Made by a program: the position numbers and the translations under genes. From Sarea resinae (Eukaryota): a stretch of DNA of 20,000 nucleotides. Shown here one piece after another: positions 1 to 10,418 of this stretch. The notes beneath the pieces were generated by a model that saw only the letters and a program-made list of their open reading frames with translations, was not told where the DNA came from and did no database searches. Every line of letters starts with the position of its first letter. Position 1 is the stretch's first letter. Location of the stretch: NCBI GenBank assembly GCA_026026165.1, contig JAPEUD010000102.1:48387-68386 (forward strand). Reading direction: 5' to 3'.

Positions 1-666
1 ACTTTCGTCGATGTAGCCAACGTCATCCCATCGGCTCTACCAGCACAAGAACTCGACCTTCTCCAGTCAAAGGCCCACAGTATTTTGCGCCGTCTGGGGT
101 TTGCCAATGGGGTTTTCCATGTGGAAGCCCGGGTCCGTAACTCAGCAATGAATTACATTGGGGCTGACGGCAGCATAGACCTCCATACAGAGACAGCGCA
201 CAACAGCAGCAACGGTACACCAACCGTCTTCTTGGTGGAAATTAATGCCCGCATGCCTGGGAACCAGGAAACAACCGCGATCGAGCGAGCCTACGGCATC
301 GACTACTACCCAATATACATGCTTTCGGCAATGGGTGAAACGGATCGACTAAAAAAGATGGCAGCGCCATTTCGGAACGGTCCGCAATACTGGTGTCAAG
401 TACTCCGCTTCCATGGATTTCATGGAGGCACATGGAACTCGGACGATGCGTGCAAGGACTTGATCTCGCGCCGGCCAGAACTCCAAGAGAACATTTCTCA
501 TCATCGATGCCTGTTCAAAAGGGGTCAGGTGGTACCAGCCCCTACTATCAACGTTGTCGTCTTTGTCGCCTACTTCGTCCTATTCTCTCGAAGGAGCCGA
601 GATCATCTTCTCCAGGTGGCAGAGGCTGTCCGGAGAGATTTTCATTATGACGTGATATCTTATTGA
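1..666 (+). CDS. ATP-grasp fold ligase (fungal L-amino acid ligase / carnosine synthase-like), C-terminal part; 5' end lies upstream of the window
   Basis: Frame is open from base 1 (TFVDVANVIPSALPAQELDLLQ...) to TGA 664-666. It carries the ATP-grasp motifs 'GFANGVFHVEAR' and 'VFLVEINARMPG' (E-x-N-x-R metal/ATP-binding signature), followed by 'YGIDYY'. Confidence 0.85.
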   Translation, partial: TFVDVANVIPSALPAQELDLLQSKAHSILRRLGFANGVFHVEARVRNSAMNYIGADGSIDLHTETAHNSSNGTPTVFLVEINARMPGNQETTAIERAYGIDYYPIYMLSAMGETDRLKKMAAPFRNGPQYWCQVLRFHGFHGGTWNSDDACKDLISRRPELQENISHHRCLFKRGQVVPAPTINVVVFVAYFVLFSRRSRDHLLQVAEAVRRDFHYDVISY

Positions 667-1033
667 TTTCAAGACAGGGTTGCTAGTGCACAAATATTTG
701 CGTCTTGACATAGCGGACATGCTGTCCATGATATTGTGTTTTTCATACCTACTTGCTATCCATCTACATACCTATTGAAATCCATATCTAAACTTCAACC
801 AAAACTTCGGCTGCTTAAAGGCCGATCTTGGCCGTAGAGCGAGAGACCTTTGCCTTTGACATTACGGCTGCAAACCTTTTGCTGTATCGAGAGATTGATC
901 AAGAAATTGATTTGCTAGCCCAGTCATTCGTTTTTCAGCATGGCTCTGTTAAAAGCCCGTGGAACTACTGATTGACGATCATGTCTATTCAAAGCCGGAG
1001 ATCTCGGTGAAAGGGAAGCTGAACGGCCGGTGC

Positions 1034-2338
1034 TCAGGTGCTTGACGTGGTACTTGGAGCAGGGAGACCTTCTGGGGTTTTGACCAGTGCCAACAAGGCA
1101 CCGCCGCCTAACTCCAAGATCCGCTTAGCAACAATGATACCCACTGCCTCGGCATCAACATCAGTCTTGACCAAGCCTGAGTGATGGGCCCGGATCTCAA
1201 CCCCTCCTTGAGGATGTAGCAATGTACCAATCAGATGAAGCACACCGGCTTGCCCATCAGTAGTAACGCTTGAATCCACAGATCCGCTGTGCAGAGAGCT
1301 CAGAACTGCAATTGGTGCGGAACAGCCACCTTGTAGATATCGCAATAGAGAACGCTCGGCGAGACATCGAACACGCGTTGGCCAGTGATCGATGGGTTTG
1401 ATGAGCTCGAGTGTCTTCGTGTCGTTGGAGCGGATTTCGATCCCCAGAGATCCCTGTCCCACCGCATGTAGAAATGTGGGTGCTGAGAGACGCGCGGTGA
1501 TACGGTGCTCGAGGTTCAAGCGTTCCAGGCCGGAAGTGGCGACGACGATCGCAGTGTACGGCGAGTCGCTGGCGTCCAGCTTCGCGATTCGAGAGTCCCT
1601 GAAGAACTTGTGTCAATGACGCAATGTGAGACAGCAAGGCACTTACACATTACCACGGCATTCCTGGACCAACAAGTGAGGACAGAAGTGCTTCAATTGC
1701 GCGGTGCGGCGAACAGAGCTAGTTCCAACGACGGATCCGGAAGGCAGATCCTCCAAAGAGCGATATGGAAGGCCGGTCTTCACCACCAGTGCGTCTGTGG
1801 GATCGTTGCGGTGTGGAAAGACGCCAATAGCGCAGCCTTCTGGGAGGGCGGTCGGGACATCCTTTAGGCTGTGCACAATAATATCGATATCTCCCGCCAG
1901 CAGTCGTTCTTCGATCTCCTTGGTCCACAGGCTTTTGGAGACGTCGGCCGAACTCTTGCCTGGCTTTGCGGCAAACTGTAGAAATGGAGTCGTCTTGTCC
2001 ACGTCTCCTTGAACAGCGTGCGTTGAGATGGGAAAGGAGAATCCATGATGCACCTTGAAGAGGGCTGCCGCTACGGACGAGGCCTGGATGAGGGCCATCT
2101 TCGACTTGCGGCTACCGATGCGGAGAGATCCAAAGAGGCCGCTGGCTGGGCATTGCGTTGGGGGATGCAAGGCCTGATCGGATTGCAGTTCGACGTATTG
2201 CTTCATTGCATCCATGTGCGAGAGAGCCGTCTCTGTCAACTCATGTTGCTCTGCGGCGCCGAGCGGATAGACGCCCGAGGCCGGTCTGTCATCACGCCCG
2301 TCGCCATCGCCATTGCCATTGCCATCTGGTTCAGCCAT
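1034..2338 (-). CDS. HEM3: Porphobilinogen deaminase (hydroxymethylbilane synthase), divergent; 2 exons (2338-1647, 1598-1034), about 418 aa
   Basis: Motifs RIGSRKSKMALIQ, LWTKEIE, DIIVHSLKDVP (catalytic Asp), VGTSSVRR, HAVGQGSLGIE and AERSLLRYLQGGCSAP (cofactor Cys). The 48-nt intron 1646-1599 (GTAAGT...TTGAC...TTCAG) joins the two ORFs into RGNV-DSRIAKLD. The start ATG at 2338 is inferred. Confidence 0.92.
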
Positions 2339-2370
2339 GTGACAATTGTGGAGGTGATGATTTGAGAAAG

Positions 2371-2402
2371 GTGTGTGTTGTGTGTTGTGTGTTGTGTTGT
2401 GC
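2371..2402. repeat. Imperfect GT-rich microsatellite (GTGTT/GTGTTGT units) just upstream of the HEM3-like start codon
   Basis: gtgtgtgttgtgtgttgtgtgttgtgttgtgc read directly. Confidence 0.8.
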
Positions 2403-2669
2403 GTGGAGGGAGAAATCCAGATCACGTCAAGCGACGCAATCAGGGAAGCGTCTTAGGAGACGTTCGACGATAAATCCATGGATGTCGGAAACACTGCCCT
2501 GGGAGGGACTTCCGACCCCGACCCCCGCCCCACTCCGCGCCCTTCTTATCTACCTTAAGCTTACCTCGTATTTTAGACCTCCCGGCCACCACATCTAACC
2601 GCTTGAATCGATCTTGCTGCTCTTAGTCTCTCGCCTCTACAATTTTCTACGATGCCCCGGCTATGAACC

Positions 2670-3931
2670 ATGGGACAGTTCATCTATCTCCGGTTGAAAG
2701 GTGGGCCGCTCTCCAATGTGCTCGAGTAGCATAATTGATAACCCTTTTCTTAGGGATCGTCTATTTTGCCAGCTGCCGTACAGATGACGACGAGACGGTA
2801 CTAGAACTTCTCACTCGAAGGTTAGCTGCCGCATCTCCAGAATCTTCATTCATTGCTCTACATTCGAGCACTTCGCTTCAGTGGCACCAGCAAGACGACG
2901 TGGTCAACCCGTTTGGTGATGACTGAGAATCCTGCGTAGCTGCCGTGTGGATCGTCGATCTGGATTACGACATACTTGAACTTCGCAAAAAGGATGAACG
3001 TCGAAGGATTGCGCTTGGCCGAGTTCGCCAAGGTCTTCCAAGCTCTATTGCCGACCTCGAGCTTCATGATCCCCTCCCGTCGAGAAGACACGTGATGCAC
3101 CTATGGCTATCGAACCCAACCTGGAATCCAAAATGCGACGCAACAGCGAGACAAAAGGCGTTTACAGCTAGAATGCTAGAAGATTTCTCACACCAATGGA
3201 GGCATATATCGCGAAGTCAATACAATACGCACACCTTTCAAAAACTTGCCAATGCAATACTTCGCATTGCCACACTCGACTTTAGCGTGGTTGAGGTGGC
3301 TTCATCACGGTCATCGACTCCCGGAGTGCTGGTGGAATTGAAAGACCTACCCTTTTGGGGGCCTCCTCAAGGACAAATCTTTCGCTGTGGTCGCGTATAC
3401 GTCGTTCTTTTACAACATCTTGAACGCGTCCTCCCTACTATCAATGGTGACCTTAGATCACGAATTTTGACTCATTCTTCGCATCCAACCAGAGACGATA
3501 TGCAAAGCATTACGTATCTTGTCCTAACGATTCGAGAAATCTTGCTGTTAAAGACCGACACTGCCGACACTGCCAACACTGTCGAGGACAGGCTCTTGAC
3601 CTACACCAACCCAGTGGCTTTCCTTGATGGGATTCATTCTCCGTCGGAGAAGGCATTGGAGTACTTGCTTATGGCAAATCCAACCTGCTCTCATTCTTCC
3701 ATCCATGAGCTGCCCCTAGAGATACAAGACTTGATACTGAGTGCACTTTCGATAGGCCCTATCGAAGCAGCTCGAGTCGGTTGCATACTTGATCTTGGAT
3801 CCTCTTTCGAATGGAAAACGGGCGGTCATGCTATCGAGAGGTAACCCAGATTTTCTGCACGGTCAATAGACAGCCCCGTCGAATCTCAGATCTGGCTTGA
3901 TGGTTCCTTTACTGGGCTGGCATACGAGTAG
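2670..3931 (+). pseudogene. Fungal hypothetical protein with a C-terminal F-box-like motif, interrupted by two in-frame stop codons
   Basis: Exon 2670-2700 (MGQFIYLRLK) and intron 2701-2753 (GTGGGC...TTAG) lead into one frame that runs to TAG 3929-3931, apart from TGA 2924-2926 and TAA 3842-3844. Plausible coding sequence continues past both stops (...FGDD*ESCVAAVWIVDLD...; ...AIER*PRFSARSIDSPVESQIWLDGSFTGLAYE). It contains the F-box-like 'IHELPLEIQDLIL'. Confidence 0.7.
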
Positions 3932-4517
3932 CTGCATCAGCCAGGAAGTCGCTCTTCAATGCACGTCGTGGTCAATCAGGTGCTTGCTATATATGGGACG
4001 AGCCGGTTCTTCCAAGTCGTTCGAGATCTCGGTGGCGAAGAAAGTCAACGCCGTCAAAGAACGCGCTCGATAAAGCCACCGACTACGATGTTCAAGACAC
4101 GACACAGATTTCCATGAAAGGAGGGCAAACCGATAACAAGGAATGGTGGGGGCTGTATGGCCACGTGGACGAGGAAGGAAATTCAACCAGACTGGATGAA
4201 ATCTAGGCTCTCAGGGAATACATCCAGCCGACCAAGTAGATAGATCTAATGTACGTATGCGCCCCCGAAGCGCCGCGAGGGATGTTCTGGTATAATGTTT
4301 CGTTTGACGTGTCGGAGCTAAGAGAAGTTCAAGACGACGCAACGGCAATACCTAAGGTAGGTACGAAGTACTTTGAGGCAGGGCTCTGTCGAGCATTCCC
4401 GTTTGGTTTAGCGGCAGTGGAATCTTGAGTGTGTCATGACAAACTAACTAAACACCAACAAAATCCGTACGTCTCGACAACGAGTTCCTATCCTGATTGT
4501 AACACCCAAACAAAAGT

Positions 4518-5389
4518 ATGGCCTCAAATACTGCTGCATTCGACCTAGGGCCGCTTTACAGAGGTCCCTGGCAACAGTATACAAACAAAATCGGCCAAGT
4601 CTACTATCAGAATACCGCTAATCGAGCGGTTCAATATGCGATACCGCGAGGTTGGGAGGATGCAGCTACTGTGAGTACGCTCCAAATCTTTGACCTGCCG
4701 TGCGATAATTTCCGCTAACCTTAGAAAAGGACAAATGGACCCGCGACGCTTCCAAAACATGGCCGCAATGGTAATACTCAGATCTCTGCATCAGCCGTGC
4801 TCCAGCAGTAGCATGCTCGCCACGGGCAGATAGTTGACAACTCCATAGGAACAACGATCGGACTGGGAGAGCAGTTCTCATCGACCCGAATCCGCCACCT
4901 CCACAAACCTACCTCGACGACCCTGTCATTCGAGCGCATATTCTGTCACTGCAGCGTGCCCCCGAATCAGATGAGCATCTGTATCGAGTGCCTACGACAG
5001 AAGTTATCTGTATGCTTTTCCCGAGGCAGGAAGGGTATAGTGTCGTTGAGACCGGGGTCCAAACTTCGCTCCCGGTAATCACTGTCCTCGAGGTCTTTCG
5101 CAGGCCGGGGGGGACATTGCATAATTACGAGCACCTAATTGTCGAGTGCAGAAAGATGGGGTGTACGGTCGCGGCCGCCGAGCCCGAGCTGCATGACGCT
5201 CTTGCGACTTGCAATCATGAGAGTAAGAATATCTATGGACTGATTCAATGCGGCTTCCGTCTCCAATTCTACAAGCATGAGAATTTCACCTTTGGAAGGA
5301 TTGGCCCAACAATGCATCTTGTAGATGACGCAAAGAAGGTCATGGAAATGCTCGAGCATCTGAAGGCCAATCCTTTACCAGGAATATGA
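4518..5389 (+). CDS. 244-aa protein with N-terminal WW-like domain(s) and a C-terminal PD-(D/E)xK-like domain; exons 4518-4670, 4730-4770, 4849-5389
   Basis: Introns 4671-4729 (GTGAGT...GCTAAC...AAG) and 4771-4848 (GTAATA...TTGAC...ATAG) give one open frame. The WW pattern is GPWQQYTNKIGQVYYQNTANRAVQYAIP. The C-terminal pattern is FPRQEGYSVVE...PVITV...LIVECR...IYGLIQCGFRLQFY. Confidence 0.7.
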
Positions 5390-6155
5390 ATTTCTGCGAG
5401 CTGGTCACGAGGCATAGAATTTCTACAGTTAGAGATTGATAGAATAGAGGCATGGTCGTTATGATAGACAACTGAGCAGAGCTAGAACAATTATGAATAT
5501 TTCTCCCCAAGGCCATTTAGATTTGCAGTGAAAAGGGGCTCTCTCTCGAAGTTGAATTGGCTACCTATATTTTAAGACGAGAAAGCTGTCGGAGCTCAAG
5601 GCATCAGTAGTGCCGCAATGGTCTGCGTTAAGGAAGGTTGTCTGCCTAAGAGCGATAGAGCCAAGCGAGCGGTGTAACAGAAGGCGCCCTGCCTCTCTGC
5701 CCGTATCAAGAGCTGTCGAGAAAAATCTATTACATTACATGCATCGAGAAATGGGTTTCGGTGGTTACTCGATAGCAATTCGTTTTTTCGGCGACCTCCG
5801 AAGCGCCGGCTTGCAAGACAAACATCAGGAACACGACCGCTATCGAAAAACAAAACATCGAGTGTTAGTAAGGACAACCATTCGTGGACCAGCAATTGGT
5901 CCCGCTCTAGCTGAGCGGATGTTGTGGCACATTGTGGAGAAGTGGGGAAGGAGATTCATCTCACGTGGGGAAAATCGATCGTAAGACCGCCTGACGGAGA
6001 CCGTTAGAAAGCGTGTCGATCGGGGTCGAGGCCGTGATAAGAGAGCAACTTGACTACATCCAAATCCATTGATTATAGCACCTCTGAAAGTTCCCAAAAA
6101 GCGAGTTGTGTATCATCTTCTCTGATCTCAGAAGCCGTTTGATTCAGGAGCAAAG

Positions 6156-7653
6156 ATGCTCTACACCCACGCTACCATCATCACGGTCGACAAGTCTCGG
6201 AGGATCATAGACGACGGCGCCATCCAGGTCGAGTACAACCGGATTACAGACATTGGCAAGACCGAGACCTTGAAAGGAAAATATCCAGACGAAGAAGAAT
6301 GTGACTTGACCGGTCGGATCATTGTCCCAGGCCTTGTATCAACTCACATACATACGGCTCAGACGTTGATTCGAGGCGCGGCCGATGATCTCGAACTGGT
6401 CTCATGGCTCTGCGAGAGGATCTGGGTGCTGCAAGGCAACTTTACTCCTGAGGATGGCTATGCTGCAGCACGTTTGAGCATCGGAGAAATGTTGAAGTCG
6501 GGAACAACGTGTTTCCTCGAGAGCATGGTAATCTCTCCCATCCCTTATCTTCCCGGTATCGAAGGATGAGGGTCTAACTCGCGATAGTTTGCCGACCGAT
6601 ATGGCTTTGATGGACTATGTCGCGCAGTGGAAGAAAGCGGCATCCGGGGATGTCTCGGAAAGATTGTCATGGACGTTGCCAAGTACGCAAAAGATGACGG
6701 CTGGGCGATGCATCCCGGACTGGTTGAAGAAGGACAGAACTCATTGCTAGGAACTGTAAAGATGTGGGAAAAGTGGAACGGGAAAGCCAACGATCGGATC
6801 CGAGTCTGGTTTGGTGCAAGGACGCCGGGAGGGTATGTGTCTGTGGTCTCACACCTGTCTCATCTCGCTGATGGTCCGCAGAGTATCGGACGAACTCTAC
6901 AGGGAAATGACGGCCATCTCCCGCAAAAGTTCCATCCCTATCACGATGCACTGCGCCGAAGTCCAAGCCGACCGCGACTTCTTCGCTTCCGTTTCGCACA
7001 CGCCCATGTCATATTGCGAGTCGGTCGGTCTACTTTCTCCCTCGACCGTTCTCGTCCATATGGTGCACCTCGACAACTCTGACATCAGAACGTTGTCCTC
7101 AACTGGCACTCACGTCGCGCACTGTCCCACATCCAACGCAAAATTGGCATCGGGGATCTGTCGAGTGCCCGAGCTCCAAAAAGCGGGTATCAATATAGGA
7201 TTAGGCACGGATGGCGCGCCATGCAATAACACCTGTGATCTGTTCCAAGAGATGAAACTCGCCGCCATTATCCACAAGAGCATCTCTCATGATCCCACTG
7301 CAGTACCGGCGGAATCTGTACTCGAAATGGCCACTATCAACGGAGCAAAAGCTCTGGGCTTAGACGATAGCATTGGCAGTTTGGAGGTCGGCAAAAAGGC
7401 GGACTTTGTCGCGATCGATTTGAGGGCAATACATTTGCAACCCTGGTTCAGTGCGGTCAGTGCTGTGGTATACACGGCAACAGGAAGAGATGTCGACATT
7501 GTTGTGATAGACGGAAAGATGGTTGTAAAGGGTGGGCAGCTACTGACTCTGAATGAAGCGGACATTGTTACAGAGGCGAAGTGGAGAAGTAATAATATTC
7601 TACAGCGAGCAGGACTACGAGAGAAAATAAAAGATCGGTGGCCTACTGTGTGA
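6156..7653 (+). CDS. Metal-dependent amidohydrolase, AtzA/TrzA/MtaD (5'-methylthioadenosine/SAH deaminase-like) family; exons 6156-6527, 6588-6832, 6882-7653, about 462 aa
   Basis: Motifs PGLVSTHIHT (HxH), EMLKSGTTCF, TMHCAE, LVHMVH, HCPTSNAKLASG, GLGTDG and ATINGAKALG...GSLEVGKKADF. Canonical introns 6528-6587 (GTAATC...CTAAC...TAG) and 6833-6881 (GTATGT...CTGAT...CAG) join three ORFs in frame. Confidence 0.92.
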
Positions 7654-8905
7654 ATTATCTCCGCTTCTTAAGTGTAAGAGCTAGGGTTTTAGCAGTTAAT
7701 CAGTCGTTTTATTTTATTGTTTCTGTGAGGCGCGCTGCTATATAGTAGGCAAATAGGCATGGCGCGGATGAGCCGGGTTATAGTAGTCTTTTCAGCGCAC
7801 GTAGGAGCAGGTTTGCCTATTTACTAGACCTTATATGTAGCTTCGCCAACTTATTTTTCCTCCTTTGCCTAGGATTCTGTTAGATCCGAACGTTCTCGTT
7901 CGGCAGACAACCATTCTGCTTTAAGAGATTCTAACTGGGATTGAGAAGCATTCAGAGTTTGTGCCCTGTGCTGATCCTTATCCAGGGTTGTCTGCGTGGT
8001 ACAGGTCGCTTAGGATGAGAAACTCCCTGCCTGTGCCCGTGCTAATACTCGTTTTCTCGGCGGCTGAGATCTGTCGATTCCGGACATATCATTGTTTGAG
8101 ATCTCTAACGCCTTACATTTTGCAGAGCCTTCACTACCGGACACTGACTGTGCCTTTTGGCATTCTCGAATAACATATCGAACACATTCTGTTCTAATCG
8201 CAGAGATTGTTTCGCCTCGAAGCTGCAACTCTAGTGTGACTTTCGCTTCAACAAGACCAAATGCGAATGGGGCCATTGCATTTTAAAAGAGGTAAATCCT
8301 TTTGATCTTTCCACAAGTTCAAAAAATGAGGTTAGACAGGGAAAATTGGGCGAGCGACGAGATCCGTTCCGTCTTGAGTTGTCTGTTCCTCGCGATCCTA
8401 ATCAGCACCTCCCACCCAGGCGAACTGCATATTGCCAGATTGTCGATATCGAATCATTGTTACCTGATCGGTCTTCAGCTCTGTTGCATTGAAGGTGCTG
8501 TGCGACCTCGCCATTGTCGACGACATACAACTCCTCTGTCCTCGTCCTTGTTGTTGTCCTCATGTAGGACATCTCATGTACCACTTCATGGCTGGTGGAA
8601 TAATCCTGATGAGCCCAATGCTGCCGAGTGTGACAGTTACGCAACTGACGAATGAGTCGGTACTCTTCACGCCGGACGCCGGGCGCCGAGCCACTCGGGA
8701 GGAAACAAGTCGGCGTCCAAACGAGCCAATCCCACGATATCCATGACGAGTATCTAAGGAATGAGAAACAGGTAATCAACGGCTGCGCACTCTATCGCTC
8801 CCCGCTTGCAGTCGGACGTTGCTTTACACTATTTCAGTCGAAGAGCTTCAAGAAAGAAATATCACGAATCTCTCAACTCGATATGAGGTTTGTGTTCCAC
8901 TGAAT

Positions 8906-9923
8906 ATGTCGTCAAAGATAGATGTGCATCATCATTACTACCCTCCGTTTTCCGTTGAAGGCAAGTTTCCAATCCAATCCAGTCTGCTCCGATAAGAATC
9001 GATGGATGACCCTGGAAACAGCCATCAAGCGTGCCGGTGGCGACCCTTCGGGATGGTCCATTCCGTCGTGGACGCTTGATGCCGACAAGGCTATCAACAA
9101 CGTCGTAGGGACCGCAACGACCATCCTGTCGCTGACGGCACCTGGTGCCCCTATCGAGAAAGACACGGCTGATGCCGCGCGCCTTGCACGTCAGGCCAAC
9201 GAATACGCCGCGAAATTGCGTGATGACGAGCCGACCAAGTATGGGTTCTTTGCCGCTTTGCCGTCAATCGTTGACACCAAGGAATCCCTCGAGGAGATCG
9301 CGTACGCGCTAGACGTGCTCAAAGCGGACGGCGTCACCCTCTTCACGCGCTACGGTGAAGACAGTTACTATTTGGGCCACCCAAGCTTCCGACCCATCTG
9401 GGCCGAGCTGAACAGCCGGAAAGCCGTCGTCTTTGTCCATCCGACCCATGTCGACTTGAGCCTCGTCAACGAGCACTTGCCTCAACCGATGCTCGATTAT
9501 CCCCACGAGACATGCCGAACGGCCATGGATCTCATTGTCAACAACAATATCAAAACCTACCCGGATTGCAAGATCATCCTCTCGCATGCCGGGGGAACCT
9601 TACCCTACCTCATCTACCGCGCCGCAGCCATGCTGCCATATACGCCGTGCGACATTGGAAAGTCGACCCAAGAGATTGTCGAGGAAGGGCGCTCATTTTA
9701 TTTTGACACTGCCATCTCCAGTAATAAGTATACGCTGGAGTTGCTCTTTGCGTTTGCAAAGCCCGGCCATATCCTGTTCGGATCTGACTTCCCAAACGCG
9801 CCGACGGAATCCATTGAATATTTTACTTCGACGCTAGAGGAGCTCTGGGGTGATCACAGAGAAATCGAAAGGGATGCGGCGTTGGCTATTTTGCCGCGTT
9901 TGAGACAAAAGTTGACGGGGTGA
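8906..9923 (+). CDS. Amidohydrolase-2 family decarboxylase (ACMSD / 6-methylsalicylate decarboxylase-like); exons 8906-8960, 9022-9923, about 318 aa
   Basis: The spliced N-terminus [30 protein letters not shown] carries the metal-binding D-x-H-x-H. Other motifs are [57 protein letters not shown] and ILFGSDFP. Confidence 0.9.
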
Positions 9924-10418
9924 TAATATATCTAATGGCTCAGTGATACGATTCTCTGATGAAACTAGATGCCAATGACGCAGAAAGTATTGAAAGAAGT
10001 AAGCTGTTCATGAAAGGAACGACAAAAGAAAAGTAGAGTGAAATGATAATATAACGGTCGAACTCTGATGCGAAAATCAACCCGGGGAAGAAACGTATTT
10101 ACACGACGTTAGCTAATAAACCCTGGATTAGCTCGTAATGTAGACGATCTATCGGAGAGGCTCTGACTGACTCGCTCCTATGACCTTAGTGGTGCTCGTG
10201 ATAATTGGCTTGGGCTCGTTGTTAGAAGAGGCTACATGGAACAGTTTGGAAGCTTGAGAGCGATCATGAAGTTGTCTGAGCGAATAGGCGACTACTCGTG
10301 CAAGAGCGGCGACGCGACAGCAATGCTCACTATTTCACCACCTTTCGAGGATCAATTCCGTTTCCCATCTGTCGGCATCGTACTTGCCTCTGCGACAGCT
10401 CCCTCTGACCGCTTCTCC

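Noticed and set aside
2339..2425. N-terminal extension of ORF 1643..2425 (MIWISPSTHNTTHNTQH...)
   Set aside because: It starts at a non-ATG codon and translates a microsatellite; ATG 2338 is the more plausible start.
5596..6097. Overlapping 85-124 aa ORFs between the WW-like gene and the deaminase
   Set aside because: No recognisable motifs or supporting splice structure; probably promoter/intergenic DNA.
7740..7830. Short inverted repeats (taggcaaa/tttgccta, aaataggca/tgcctattt) in a mildly TA-rich patch; possible MITE or RIP scar
   Set aside because: Only 8-9 bp arms, no target-site duplication and no second copy in the window.
7961..8903. Several short ORFs on both strands between the two amidohydrolases
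   Set aside because: No family motifs or consistent exon chain; a decayed gene cannot be excluded but is unsupported.
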